A DNA stretch of 63,728 nt, filler included, from Stramenopiles sp. TOSAG23-2 (GCA_900128395.1; 33 parts of 33 records of this genome joined end to end with filler, not necessarily neighbours in it); one strand, 5' to 3'; positions 11,088 to 24,064 are shown, numbered from the whole stretch's first letter. The notes: generated by a model from the letters alone, not told the origin. Numbers and translations are program-made.

Positions 11088-11708
11088 ATCGTGTAATTAT
11101 TTTTTTTTTTTAACTTTGTTTGTTTGTTAAATTGTTTTAATTATGATCCTTTTGTTTCTTTTAATATTTGTATTTAGTTCGTATATATTTTTCTGTTCAT
11201 ATATCATCTATACCTGTATGTATTAATAATAAGATTAAGATTGCTGGATTGGACAGGGAGAAGAACGAAGAAAAAAATATCTTTTTGTGCTAATGCTGTG
11301 TTGCTGTTAGTGTGCTGCTTCTTTTGTTAGCCAGTTAGCACTCGCTATATACTGGTATATATTTATTAAGGAATGTACAATCGCTCATATGCGTCGTGAG
11401 CCCACATTAAGCTAGCTTGAGCTATCATCTTCAGAGAGAGAGAAGTGCAGACGACAGACGTGCAGACGACGCGCAGACGACTGCACGCTGCACGACTGGC
11501 ACAGCAGAAGATGAGCACATGAGAAGAATTTGTGGTAAAAAAAAAAATAATATAATTTAGAGTTATCTACATTAAAGATGGTGAATTTTTTTTTTTTTTT
11601 TTTTTTTTNNNNNNNNNNNNNNNNNNNNNNNNNNNNNNNNNNNNNNNNNNNNTTAATTAATTAANNNNNNNNNNNNNNNNNNNNNNNNNNNNNNNNNNNN
11701 NNNNNNNN

Positions 11709-11765
<57 letters not shown>

Positions 11766-11972
11766 TAATTTTTTTATTATAGCACTTTAATTTATTATTA
11801 CAGTATTTCAATTATTATTACTACATATGTACACACACACACAACTTACAGTACCAGGTCCAGTACAACAACTGGACAACACACAAGTGATGGGTGCCTT
11901 TAATACAAAAAAAAATACAAGATTCAAAAACAGTAGAAAGGATTATAGATATAGACAGATAGAACTTAAAAT

Positions 11973-13304
11973 ATGAGGCGATTAAATGTACAAACCACAT
12001 CATCGAATGAATGTAAAAAAATAACTATTAGCAAATTATTTTATGGCATCATTATATTTTGTACCATATACCTGACCTTTTCAAAATTACTATTATTTTC
12101 AACAAATAATAATTTAAATAATATGAAAACCATTTCATACCAAGAATATAAACCGGGCGTCAAAGTAACACGATTATCCGAACGTTTACAAAATTTTCCT
12201 TTAAGAAAAAATGCTACTGGCAAGACATCTTTTAAATATATGGATATTACAAATCCAAATGTAATAGAACTTTTTGTTGAAGAACTCGCTATTGTATATT
12301 CCTATGCTAATGGTTCTGCAAGTGATTATTTAAAAATACGTTTAGAAGCATGTAAAAATATTCATTCTCTAAGGTTTTGTAATAATAAATGGAGATTAGA
12401 AAGAAGTAGAGATAGTGGAGAAATTTTATATTCGATCAGATCAATTGCAAAAAATATGCCTTGGTTTCGAGGTCATATTTATATTGTAACAGCAACTGGT
12501 AAAGGACCAGACTATTTAGATTATTCAAATCCGCGTTTACATGTTATACATCAAAAAGATATTATGCCAAATGAAAATATCCCATCATTTATAAATGATT
12601 GCCAAGAGTATTATTTAACAAATATCAAAGGTTTAAATGATCGATTTATAATATTTGATGATGATACATTTTTAGGTAGATACGCTCCGCCATCGGTCTT
12701 TTTAACGCAATTTGGTGGCAATAATTTATATGTTGAAGATTCATTAGTTGATGATTGTCCATGTACTAGTTCTCAAATATGGTCATGCAGTGTTTGTAAT
12801 ACTTTGCGAACGTTACGACGAGTATATGGATCTGGATCTGTTCCATTTCATTACATGAAACATGCACCACGTGTATATTCCAGGCAAGTGATAGAATATA
12901 TACATACTGTAAAAGAACTAGATTATGCTATAAGAAGAGGTTGCAAGAATCCATTTCGTAGTGGATCTTTAATACAATTTGATTTTTTACATCATCATGT
13001 ATTGATGCAAACACACCTACATGATTTTGGGGTATCAACTGGTTGGAACGCTGACATGCATTTGATCCAATTAGCAGGTAATGATATTAATTCTTGGAAA
13101 AAGTTAGCAAGTGAATGGTCTGTGAAACCACCCTTATTTTATGCTATCAATGATGAAGGTTGGAAAGATTGTAGATATGGAGATGTTTTGTTAGATTTAA
13201 TGAATAAATTATATCCTGAACCATCTGAATTTGAAAAGAAAGATGCAACGAAATTAATTCATTTTAGTCATTGTAAATATCCTGCGAAAAAAAAACTTCG
13301 TTGA
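11973..13304 (+). CDS. Stealth-family hexose-1-phosphate transferase (GNPTAB/CpsY-like), type II membrane protein
   Basis: N-terminal TM. CR1 IVYSYANGS, CR2 EILYSIRSIAKNMPWFRGHIYIVT...IPSF...IKGLNDRFIIFDDDTFLGR, CR3 HAP...PFRS, CR4 FYAINDE. Confidence 0.9.
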   Translation: MRRLNVQTTSSNECKKITISKLFYGIIIFCTIYLTFSKLLLFSTNNNLNNMKTISYQEYKPGVKVTRLSERLQNFPLRKNATGKTSFKYMDITNPNVIELFVEELAIVYSYANGSASDYLKIRLEACKNIHSLRFCNNKWRLERSRDSGEILYSIRSIAKNMPWFRGHIYIVTATGKGPDYLDYSNPRLHVIHQKDIMPNENIPSFINDCQEYYLTNIKGLNDRFIIFDDDTFLGRYAPPSVFLTQFGGNNLYVEDSLVDDCPCTSSQIWSCSVCNTLRTLRRVYGSGSVPFHYMKHAPRVYSRQVIEYIHTVKELDYAIRRGCKNPFRSGSLIQFDFLHHHVLMQTHLHDFGVSTGWNADMHLIQLAGNDINSWKKLASEWSVKPPLFYAINDEGWKDCRYGDVLLDLMNKLYPEPSEFEKKDATKLIHFSHCKYPAKKKLR

Positions 13305-14293
13305 ACCAAAAAAAAGAAAAAATATCCGTGTACATATATAAGATTTATACCACAATTTTGGTCCGCTATGTACATGTGTTTATGTTAAATATGTTTTTTA
13401 ATACGAGTTCGTATATGTATGTATAATATATTACGAAGGTTCGTATTATATATTTTATTATTAAATATAATAAATATATATATATATTAATATCATGGTG
13501 GATAAAATCTAAGTTATAATATTTTTATGCTTCTCGTGTTAAAGTAATATGCTCAATNNNNNNNNNNNNNNNNNNNNNNNNNNNNNNNNNNNNNNNNNNN
13601 NTTAATTAATTAANNNNNNNNNNNNNNNNNNNNNNNNNNNNNNNNNNNNNNNNNNNNTATGTATATGAAACTTTTTTATGTGTAGAATCGATTTATGTGG
13701 TCAAATTGGTGTTTGGGCCCAAAAATGGCCTCCATCCCATTTTATGAAAATGAGATCCCTTAAACTGTACCTAGGTACAGTTTCTCCCACGAGAGGATAG
13801 GCTTACCAGCTGCTTTTTTTAGTTACACATTTTTTTATAAAAATAAGGTGCATTTACATTCTCGTGCTCTCCAGAATTTCTGGCATAATTTCATACACCT
13901 CTGCACCTCTGTATGGTGCTATGTAACTAAAATCGAAAAATTTGCCGGGCCAGCCACGTACAGTATAATACAACAGCCAGGACGCCAGCCCAGCCAGCCG
14001 CCATCCAGCCGCCATGCTAAGGCATGCTGATGCCTATATATTTATATTTATTATCACATCATTTATTATTATATGCCAATTCCTATTATAGATGCATCGT
14101 GCCATCATCATCGATGATGATAATATTAATAGTAGGCGGCACATAGATGATATATTTGATATATTATTATGAATAAATAAATATATTGGTCAACATATAT
14201 AATATATAGATAGATATATACAGTTTGACAAAGTTTACTTTACAATTATAATTATTATTTTATGCATTTATAGCATTTTGTATAATTTAATCA

Positions 14294-14324
<31 letters not shown>

Positions 14325-14350
14325 TAAATAAGTAAAATAGTCTATACATC

Positions 14351-15124
14351 ATGTATTCGGTATGGGTTCGTGCTAATGTAAGTATATACAAACAATATAT
14401 TCCTCTAATAATACTCTCATAACAAAACAAAACAAAAAATATTTATATATATATACACACTGCATGGTGTACCCAAATAACACAATCTGAAAATTGATTA
14501 AAGCTAACTTATAGGTTTTTCACAAATGCACTTACGCGATATATATAATGATGATTTCATATATAACAGGCTGTCATAGTTTATGGTATAGTCATTTTAG
14601 GAATCATGTCAGCTGGATGTGCATGGTCTACTTTATGGCTTGATCGACCTCCAACAAACGTAAAGTTGAAAGTAAACGATCTATATCATCTATTGCCATT
14701 TGGAAGAAGTAGTTTTCAAGGAGAGAGAGCAAATTTTACATTTAGCGTATCTGCGGATTTTCGCCCATTGTTTAGTTGGAACACTCGGCAAATTTTTGTA
14801 TACATTACCGCGGAATATATGACAAAATATGGTACACATAATCAAGTAGTTGTTTGGGATAAAATTTTAAGAACGGATATAGAGCGTTTTGAAGGGCCAG
14901 AATGGGATCATGTATGGGAACCAACAAGAATGTTAGATCTGGATAATATTGGTTGTAAATATTTGTTAATGGATCCAACAGATAGTTTGCGATCCAATGA
15001 TATAAATTTAGTGCTTTCATACGATATTATGCCGGTTTCTGGCTCAATTCGCATGTTTCCAAAAACAACGTTTAATAAATTTAATATGCCATCAAAGCAT
15101 ACACGGCGCAAAATAATGCTTTGA
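14351..15124 (+). CDS. SPCS3: Signal peptidase complex subunit 3 (SPC22/23); intron 14378-14569
   Basis: Exon 1 MYSVWVRAN then GTAAGT...CAG joins in frame. ADFRPLFSWNTRQIFVYITAEY, NQVVVWDKI, KYLLMD and LSYDIMPVSG follow. Confidence 0.93.
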
Positions 15125-16099
15125 ATGGAAAAAAATATGTGCACCCACGCTTCATCAGGTATTATTTTTACGAAGCATTATCATAAAATGTATGATTAGG
15201 ATTATCTATATATTTGATAATTTGAGAACCAATGGTATCCAGCGGAGCCGGAGTCCAGAGACTACGCATCAGACTATCCAGAGACCAGAGAATTGGGAAA
15301 AACCTTGCTATAATTGTTACGAAAATAAGTTAATGTATGATATCATATAATATTATAATATAATGTGTTTTTCTCTTACTCATATGTTATATAAAATTCT
15401 TTTACTCCCGTTCATTAACATCTCAAATCAAAAATGATTTATAAAGTTTAGTAAAAATTATTTAGTATTCAAAAGATTGTTCCTCTGTCTGTGATTCAGA
15501 TCATCNNNNNNNNNNNNNNNNNNNNNNNNNNNNNNNNNNNNNNNNNNNNTTAATTAATTAANNNNNNNNNNNNNNNNNNNNNNNNNNNNNNNNNNNNNNN
15601 NNNNNGTATGAAATTTTAAATTAAATATATAATAATCAACACTGTACCTAAGAATTTTTTTATATATCAAAAGCTTTTATATTGTGAAAAAAAAAGAGAG
15701 TTTGTGCTATTTTTTTAAAGAAAAAGAATATAAATGGTTATATTATTGTTCGTATTGACTAATTTTTTCTTGAATGAATATTTCTATCATTTACTCTCCT
15801 CTCTCACACTCTTTTCAGTTTTCTCTCTCGTATATATTCAATATATATCATCCAACATACATCCTGGCATCCACATATCTTTTCGAAGTGGTTGCTGTGT
15901 CAATGCTAAATAAATAAAACTATACAGTATGGGGATAGCCAACCAAAACGTGTTTAATTTCCAATGAACATAATTCATCATTTCATATCAAAATGCTGCC
16001 TCTGATGATACTGATATAATTCCTTTTTCCTTGCTCACCAAGACCAGCATCAGGATGTTAGTCTACTAAAATTGTAGCAGCTTCCTGTAATATCCGAAA

Positions 16100-17230
16100 C
16101 GTATTATTGTTATTATTTTCTACATTTATTTGCTTGATTGTCATCTTTTTCTTGTTGATGTTTTCCATTTCTTTTTTTCTATATGATTGGCAATATCAAC
16201 ACAATGCTCATATGTACATTGCACACTGTCACCTTGTGCATAATACTTAAACAAATTTGATATTTTCATCTGGTTCATCAGGAGATGCAATTTGAAAAAA
16301 AACTTTGCTTAATCTTCTTTCATTATTAATTAGTCTTTGCAAATACAACTTTTGTATTTGTTGTTCCCTCCTTGTGGGTGTATGGATCGTTACCTGGACA
16401 CTTTCTGTAGGTTGTGGTACACCTGTGTACATCATTGTTACAGATTGTTGTTTGAAAATCACTCCAGTATGGAAAGAGAACTTGACTACACAAATGTGAC
16501 AGCAACCCTTGTTAATTTTATGATGGAAGTATACCTCCCTTCCCTTAAACTTAACCCAGAAAAGGGCAAACTATTAGACTATGCACACACTCTGAATGAA
16601 AATGTTCTAAAACTGCATCAAATCCAGGAGCACCCAGATTTGAAAGGTGCCCATCTAGAATTGTTGATTATGCATTCAGCCAGTTTTATAACACAGAGAG
16701 TGGTGAATTAACAATTTTTATTTTTTATTATCATATTTTCGTTGCTGCAAAGAGATAAATGATAGTGGTGATTGGAGAGATCATTATTAACATTTACAAT
16801 GCTCAATTAACTTTGCCACTGTGCTAGAAAACCTAAAAATGGATCAGGAAATAATGGAAAAGCATTATGGTTTTAGACAAATCTAGAAGAATTGAGGAAC
16901 ATATTACCAGCAAAATATTTCATTTTTAACCCAAAAAAAACACCAAATTGTTTGCATAAAGGAAATGGGCTGTCAGTTGGTATGTTTTCATGGCCATGTC
17001 ATGTGGATAAACACATCCAAAAAAGGTATTTGTTATTCTACTGGTTGTACCCTAAACGTGAATGGATTGTTAATTTAATTGAGAATTTAGCTCTTAAGAT
17101 GATTTCTAATTTTAATTTGTGTTGCTTTGGTTTGTGCAACTGTGCTTGTTAGTAGCTGTAATGCTATTTAAATATTTAGTGTATTTTATAGGGTAGCACC
17201 ACCAGTAGCTATTTGCCTGCTAGCAAAACC
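16100..17230. pseudogene. CpG-depleted degenerate relic of unknown origin (decayed repeat or insert)
   Basis: Broken short ORFs. Manual count finds only about 3 CG dinucleotides in ~1.1 kb, with abundant TG/CA. Confidence 0.4.
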
Positions 17231-17962
17231 TTATGTCGTTGGCGGGTGACTTACAAAAAATTGAAAAGATGAATCGATGATGATGAAGACGTTAGAAAAA
17301 TATTGTTGTATTATTATTGCCAGTAAGAATATATATCGATAATAATTGATGGAAAGAGATCAATAGAGGATGGTATATAAAATCCATATTGTAGCATAAT
17401 TATTGTTTTATATAACTTGGAACAGTTTGAAGATTTACCTGGTTTCATANNNNNNNNNNNNNNNNNNNNNNNNNNNNNNNNNNNNNNNNNNNNTTAATTA
17501 ATTAANNNNNNNNNNNNNNNNNNNNNNNNNNNNNNNNNNNNNNNNNNNNTAAGTGTAGTGTGTGAGTGAGTGTTGTAAAAATTTACAAAATCTTAGTGCG
17601 CTTTTTCAATAAAAAAAATTACATATGTACTGACATTATTTGTACACATTTAAAAAACTCTCTCTATAGTCTTAATTTTAGAAACATACTGATTTTTAAA
17701 AAGACGCGCAACTCAAAAAATCTTTTTCTAGGTGTTGCGTGTGATTAAATTATTAAATATATGACGAGAAGCAGTTTAGCTTTTTCGAGTGTTTTTTTCA
17801 AACATACGTTTCGTCATATTTATTTTAATAACACAAAATACAAAAGTATGATAAATCTCGACGACTTTTACAATTTTGCAACACCACCACTGAACTTTGC
17901 TTTTTGTTCTAGTGATTTTTTCTCAATAGCATTTTTTGCTTCTACAAATCCACTACTACGGT

Positions 17963-18937
17963 TTACAATTTTGCAACACCACCACTGAACTTTGCTTTTT
18001 GTTCTAGTGATTTTTTTTCAATAGCATTTTTTGCTTCTACAAATCCACGACTACGATGTGCTGCTCCACCATCAATAGTCAAGCGAGTAGCAGTAATCCA
18101 ACCACCAGCATCTGTACACATGTACACAGCTGCTAAGGAAATATCTTCAACTCGACCCCATCTTCCAGCTGGAACACCACGTTGCCTTACACGACGAGGT
18201 GTCGGTTCTCCAAAATCTTCAATATCATCAGCAGAACCAACAGATTTACTAGCTGCTTTATTTTCATCATTACCAAATACACGGCCACCCGGTCCACCAA
18301 CGGTTCCAGCAATTCCACCTGGTGCTAAACCAATAGTACGGATGCCATATTCAGCCCATTCAACCCCTAGTGTATTTGTCAATACATCAATACCAGCTTT
18401 TGCAGCAGCAGCATGTCCTTGGAAAGGTGTTGCTTGGTCTTGTAAAGTGGCAGTGATATTAACAATGACAGCACCTGTTTGAGGGCCTGTTACTTTCATG
18501 TGTGGTAACACAGCTTTAGACATGTGAAAACAACCTTGTAAATCAATTCCTAAGACAGTTGCTAAGCCACCTGGCGTTAAATTTTCTGCAGATACCATAA
18601 AATTACCAGCTGCATTATTTACTAAAAAATCAAGTCGTCCAAAATGTTTTACACATTCATTTACAGCTGCTACGCAACGCTCAGCATCTCTTACATCAAC
18701 AGTAGTACCAAAAGCATCAACACCTTGTGCTCGCAATTTTTCAACACCTTCCATGATTACTTTTTGTCGTCGAGACATGATAGCAACTTTGCATCCATGC
18801 ATACCAAATGCTAATGCACAAGCATATCCAATTCCCGTAGCACCACCAGTTACAATAACTACTTTTCCTTTTAATACATCATTTTTAAATGGTGATTTAT
18901 TTAATGTTGGTATTGGCGTTTTTACAGCGTCACTCAT
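17963..18937 (-). CDS. DECR2: Peroxisomal 2,4-dienoyl-CoA reductase (SDR family)
   Basis: VTGGATGIG, LVNNAAGNF, IVNITATL, HAAAAKAGID, VEWAEYGIR, P-GRWG and C-terminal PTS1 AKL. The 3' end is tandemly duplicated at ~17867-17960. Confidence 0.9.
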   Translation of the reverse strand: MSDAVKTPIPTLNKSPFKNDVLKGKVVIVTGGATGIGYACALAFGMHGCKVAIMSRRQKVIMEGVEKLRAQGVDAFGTTVDVRDAERCVAAVNECVKHFGRLDFLVNNAAGNFMVSAENLTPGGLATVLGIDLQGCFHMSKAVLPHMKVTGPQTGAVIVNITATLQDQATPFQGHAAAAKAGIDVLTNTLGVEWAEYGIRTIGLAPGGIAGTVGGPGGRVFGNDENKAASKSVGSADDIEDFGEPTPRRVRQRGVPAGRWGRVEDISLAAVYMCTDAGGWITATRLTIDGGAAHRSRGFVEAKNAIEKKSLEQKAKFSGGVAKL

Positions 18938-19488
18938 TATTGTTTTTTGTTTTGAATATTCTTTCACTTCTTACTTCTGGTTGTTTTTTATATATATATA
19001 TATATACTGTAATAAAAATACAAGAAGATTAGTATTGTTTAATTAATATATATCTATACTATCCCCTCTGTCTTATCTGTAATAATATATATTCATCAAT
19101 CTATTATTTTATGTTCCATTATTGGGGGTGATGATTGTGGTGTTTTGCGAAAATCGATTATTTCTCTATGAAATGACAATTATTAGATTACGATAATTAT
19201 GTACGAATCGATTTCCTATTTATATTTCCTTCCATGCTATCAAAAACGACCTTAAAGTATGTATTTTCAAACCCTCTGCTGTGGTCTGCACGACGTCTGA
19301 TGTCTCTCGAATCTCGAAACATCTCGGGCCATTTCGCCTATGAAAGTTAAGTTTAACTTTCTGTATTCTTATCTTTACTATAGAAATANNNNNNNNNNNN
19401 NNNNNNNNNNNNNNNNNNNNNNNNNNNNNNNNTTAATTAATTAANNNNNNNNNNNNNNNNNNNNNNNNNNNNNNNNNNNNNNNNNNNN

Positions 19489-21325
19489 GATAAAAGCAAT
19501 AACATGCTGCGCAAGGAAAATATTGGAAAAATTTATTCTGGGTGTACAGGGTTTACTAACACGATTTGCAATGACAATGAGGACATACATGAAATAAGTG
19601 ATAACATCAATGATAGCTTGCAACCTAAATATGATCCGGAGACACTAATTTCGTCCAAAGTAGCTGCCACAAAAGAAGTTAGTAAGGCTCCTAGTCATAT
19701 GATAAGCGATACAGTAGATGCATTGTCATCAATTGAAAGTATGATGAACACCAAGGACTATTTGAAAGACGATTGTAAAGATGTGTATTCTGATGCAGAA
19801 TTTGCTGTTAGGAACTTCATCAAAAACATTACATCCCATGATCCGATGCAATATTGTGTTCATATGCACACTATCAAATCACTTTTTTGTCATGATGCTA
19901 TCAAAAATTGTAAAGTAAATGAGGAGCAAAAATCATTACAATCGTACGCTTGCTCTGTTATAAGTGTCGTATATGATAAGTACTACAAAGCATGTCGAGT
20001 AAAAGCAAAAGTGATTCATTTGCCATCATCGCCACCTGAATCACCTCCAATCAAAGTAGAAAATTCTTTGCGTCCGCAGCAAGCTGTTTCTAAAGTAGTA
20101 CCGAAACCGGTGCCATTAAAGAATAAACTCAATATTTTTGAACCGTGTGAAGTGTTTGTGAATCTTACATTAATGAATCGTGCAAGCGTAATTTACGGCA
20201 GTGATGGCAAAAGCTCTGTAATTCCAGCGTTGGGTCTACAGTATACAGGTTTACATTGTTTTGAAAAGGCGAAAACGAATTATGATATGGTATGCATATA
20301 TGAGATGGAAGCGAACGCAGATCCAAATAGGACTATGGGTGGACCGTATGAACCAATTTTTCAAGATGGTTATAAATTGCAATTTTATCCAACAGGTGAA
20401 TTACCAATTCCAAATAATTTTAGATACATTGAAGGAAAAACATACACCATTCGTTACGAACATAAAGTAACAAAGAACTCTACCTGTACGTGGGTACACC
20501 CAGAATCAATAAGTTTAAAGGGTGAAACAAAGATGCTTCATGTAGATAAAAAGACCAACTCGACCATTACAATTGAACGAGGTAGATATGCAGGAATTTA
20601 CGTAGAAAAAGATGTCTGGGGAAGTATCACTATTAGGTGGCCAAAAGTGAAAATAGGCCCTCCATGCAAGATGTATGGTTCCCCACCTCGAAAAGTGTCA
20701 GTTGAAATATCGATCAATGGCGTAGATTTTCATGGTACAAATAGCAGCTTTACATACCATGATAAAAACTTTTATCCTAATGTCTATGGTAAATCTGAAT
20801 GTGTTCCGCCAGATCCATCTTTTAGTTTTGGACCTGATCCTGCCGGCGAGGGTAGCCAAGTTAGAATTTGCGGCATACCACCAAAAGTACTAAAAAAGTG
20901 TGAGGGAAATGAACAGGAAAAAGCAGAAATTTCTATATTTCCGAAGAGTGCCCTTAAAGCTGGTGGGACCAATGTTACTGTTAAAGGATTCAAGGCAGTT
21001 AAAGGGTTTGCATATAGCTGTCGTTTTCAAGACCTATTAGTTCCCGCTATTGTAGAAGGCGATGTATTAATTTGCAAGTCTCCACCGTATGCGATAGCTA
21101 GAAAAGTTTCATTTGCAATTTCAATTATGATGGCAGGTAGTACAAATTTAAAAAAATGGAGCTATGACTCTGTTTTGGGGCTTTCTGATGGCGCGGCTAC
21201 TCGATCTCCAAATAGACGTGAGACATATGAAAGTGATTTGAAAGCGGCTCAGCTTGAAACAGATTTAACAAAAGATTTAGTTACATTTGAATTTACCGAT
21301 TCAAATGTGACAACATCAAGAAAAG
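19489..21325 (+). CDS. Large extracellular IPT/TIG (Ig-like) domain protein, internal fragment
   Basis: The whole contig is open. VSVEISINGVDF..FTYHD and IFPKSALKAGGTNVTVKG...CRF...LICKSPP are IPT/TIG hallmarks. Confidence 0.8.
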
Positions 21326-21669
21326 NNNNNNNNNNNNNNNNNNNNNNNNNNNNNNNNNNNNNNNNNNNNTTAATTAATTAANNNNNNNNNNNNNNNNNNN
21401 NNNNNNNNNNNNNNNNNNNNNNNNNCGGGGGCGGTGTAATTTTTTTATAATGATTTCAAATCATCTCTACCTGGTCCCTATAATACAAAAACTAAGAAGC
21501 AATCCGAAAATCTAGATTATTGCTATTTATAGATACAGGAAACAGGGGATTAATATTTTATACATGTACGCACATATTTTTGTGTGTAATAAAATACGTG
21601 TCAAATACGTCAAGTAAAATTTTAATTTTTTTTATTTTACTTCTACGAAAGACGAAGAAATTTCTAAAA

Positions 21670-23166
21670 TTATTTCATTTCAACTTCTATTCGTTTCCCA
21701 TCTTCTTCTTCATCTTTTGTACCATTCCAATTATTGTTTTCAATATCATTTTTACAACTCCTCGTCGTATTATTAGTAGTATCATTTTCATCATTGTTTT
21801 GATTACTAATTATTGGTGGGAGAAAAAATGAAACAACAGATGAAATTCCAAGAAAACCGGCTGCTACCCATAAACAAATTGATAGACCCCATGCATTGGA
21901 AGTATACTCATAAATTACCCCAGAAAGCAATGTACCAATTAAACGCCCACCAGCATTTGACATATAATAAAATCCAACTTCCTTTGCAATTTTATCTCGC
22001 CCAGCGTATGCAACAATCAAAAAACTATGAACAGCGCTGACAACAGCCATTGCAATTGCAAAAAAAACAAAAAAAAATGGCGTCACAATAGAGACACACA
22101 ATGTACTTTCACTGCCTTTTGTTAAATTTGTTGATGGTGAATTGCCATGGCAAGCATAAAATGCAATCCCACCAAAAATAGAAATAATTCCTAATATAAT
22201 TGTCCACGGCAATACATGGGATGGACGAGGTGGTGTGCAACGAAGCGGGCCAAGGCATAGTGCATTTGACGCGGCTTGTAATTTCCCATATACAACTGTA
22301 TATGCACCCATCATACCACTAACGATTGCCGGATTCCAACCCAATGCTTGAGATAAAAATATAGGAGCAGCTATTTCAAACCATAAATCTCTTGAACCAT
22401 AAAGCCAAAATCGTGCTAGTGATAACATTCCAACTGATTTTGTTGTTTTGAACATTTCTAAAAATTTTATTTGCTTACGAGACATACCAAGTTTTGGGTC
22501 AACATAATACATTACAAATGGTATTGGAACAATTATTAATATTGCTAATGCAATAAGACCGATAAGATAACCAACTGTCGAAAGAATCAATCCACCAAGA
22601 AACATTCCGACACCTTTAATAGCATTTTTTGCACCAGTAATATAGCTTACTAAACGAAATAATTTTCCTCTGGCATTTTTTTTAGAAACTAACTTTGTTA
22701 CCGATTTGCCAGAAACTTTTAAAAAGTCTTTTGCAGCTCCAGCTAACGCTTGAACTATTGCTATATAAATCATATATTTTTTTCTATCGGCTGCAAAATT
22801 AATATCACTGTCTCTTCTAATTGGAAAAAATGAATCTACCAAAGAAGCTAATATCAAAGATATTCCTTGCAAAGATAGACCCAACAAACAGGTTAGTTTT
22901 AATCCAAGCGTGCTTGCCATGCCACCACCAAATAAATTGATGATGATACCCAAAAATTCGTACAACATAAACATGACTGCTATTTCAATGGGAGTAAACC
23001 CTAAACTAGCAGCATTTAACAAGATTGCTGTACGTAAGGCACCATCAGTTAAAGTTAATGTACAATATGCAGAAGATATGACTTGAAAATTGATAAATGC
23101 GGCTACATTATTATTATTGTTGTTGTTGTTATTTGGTGAAGATGACGTAGATACAACTGCAGCCAT
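21670..23166 (-). CDS. arsJ: ArsJ-like organoarsenical efflux MFS permease
   Basis: TLTDGALR, LGFTPIEIAVMFMLYEFLG..NLFGG, QALAGAAKD..KVSGKS, ITGAKNAIKGVGMFLGG, ARFWLYGSRDLWF and HSFLIVAYA...VGFYYMSNAGGRLIGTLLSG all parallel bacterial ArsJ blocks. Confidence 0.88.
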   Translation of the reverse strand: MAAVVSTSSSPNNNNNNNNNVAAFINFQVISSAYCTLTLTDGALRTAILLNAASLGFTPIEIAVMFMLYEFLGIIINLFGGGMASTLGLKLTCLLGLSLQGISLILASLVDSFFPIRRDSDINFAADRKKYMIYIAIVQALAGAAKDFLKVSGKSVTKLVSKKNARGKLFRLVSYITGAKNAIKGVGMFLGGLILSTVGYLIGLIALAILIIVPIPFVMYYVDPKLGMSRKQIKFLEMFKTTKSVGMLSLARFWLYGSRDLWFEIAAPIFLSQALGWNPAIVSGMMGAYTVVYGKLQAASNALCLGPLRCTPPRPSHVLPWTIILGIISIFGGIAFYACHGNSPSTNLTKGSESTLCVSIVTPFFFVFFAIAMAVVSAVHSFLIVAYAGRDKIAKEVGFYYMSNAGGRLIGTLLSGVIYEYTSNAWGLSICLWVAAGFLGISSVVSFFLPPIISNQNNDENDTTNNTTRSCKNDIENNNWNGTKDEEEDGKRIEVEMK

Positions 23167-23785
23167 GATGATTGTTACCTTTATTATAATTATATGCTTT
23201 TAAAATTTTCAAAATATATGTAAAATATATACTAAAGGATATATTTTTATCTAATTATCCANNNNNNNNNNNNNNNNNNNNNNNNNNNNNNNNNNNNNNN
23301 NNNNNTTAATTAATTAANNNNNNNNNNNNNNNNNNNNNNNNNNNNNNNNNNNNNNNNNNNNTGTTAGAAAAAGAAGACATAGAAAGGAACATGATATGTC
23401 AAAAAATACAAAGATCGATGATGGTCGGAGTAGTGATGATGAAAAGACAAAAAATAATACGAAAAATAATGGAAATCTGACAGCGTTATTGTAAAATTTT
23501 TTAACATTTTTGTTGTGTTGTGCTGTTTGAATCTCGTGTGTATTTTGAGGAAGAGTAAAAACATGTATACGAGAAGTACGTACAAAGAATAGTTACGTTA
23601 TCTTAATGCTTCAACATATGTTTTAAATTTCATAACACAAGAAAACACCACTGAACATGTATCGTATAAAATATTTTTTAAAAAACTCTCTCTCTACTAA
23701 CTATTTTTTTCTTCTCCAGTTTTATATCAAAAATATAATCAGACATTAAAATTTTTTTTATCCATTTTATAGAAATCATAAACAA

Positions 23786-24064
23786 TTACGAGCGTTGTAA
23801 ACGTAGTATTTCTTGTTTTATAGCATTTGATGTGGCATCAAAAATGGAATACTGTACATGCATATTTTGTAATAATTCCTCTAAGTTATCTTCAACGTTG
23901 TCCATAGCAATCTCAAGTTTTTCTAAACGCGCTTCATCTTTCTTCGTAAATATATTTGGTTTTCTAGGTATTTTATTGATTTTATTGGGTCTTAATAATG
24001 ATTGTGCCGTCATATCATTTAAAAAACTTCGAACACTTTCATGTTCATATGTTTTCGCTTGCAT
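23786..24064 (-). CDS. Small hypothetical coiled-coil protein (92 aa)
   Basis: ATG-initiated ORF with a heptad-like C-terminal half between AT-rich flanks. Confidence 0.55.
   Translation of the reverse strand: MQAKTYEHESVRSFLNDMTAQSLLRPNKINKIPRKPNIFTKKDEARLEKLEIAMDNVEDNLEELLQNMHVQYSIFDATSNAIKQEILRLQRS

Noticed and set aside
11566-11763. Long poly-T tracts on both sides of a spacer
   Set aside because: Homopolymers at contig ends where assembly broke. No evidence for a retroelement tail.
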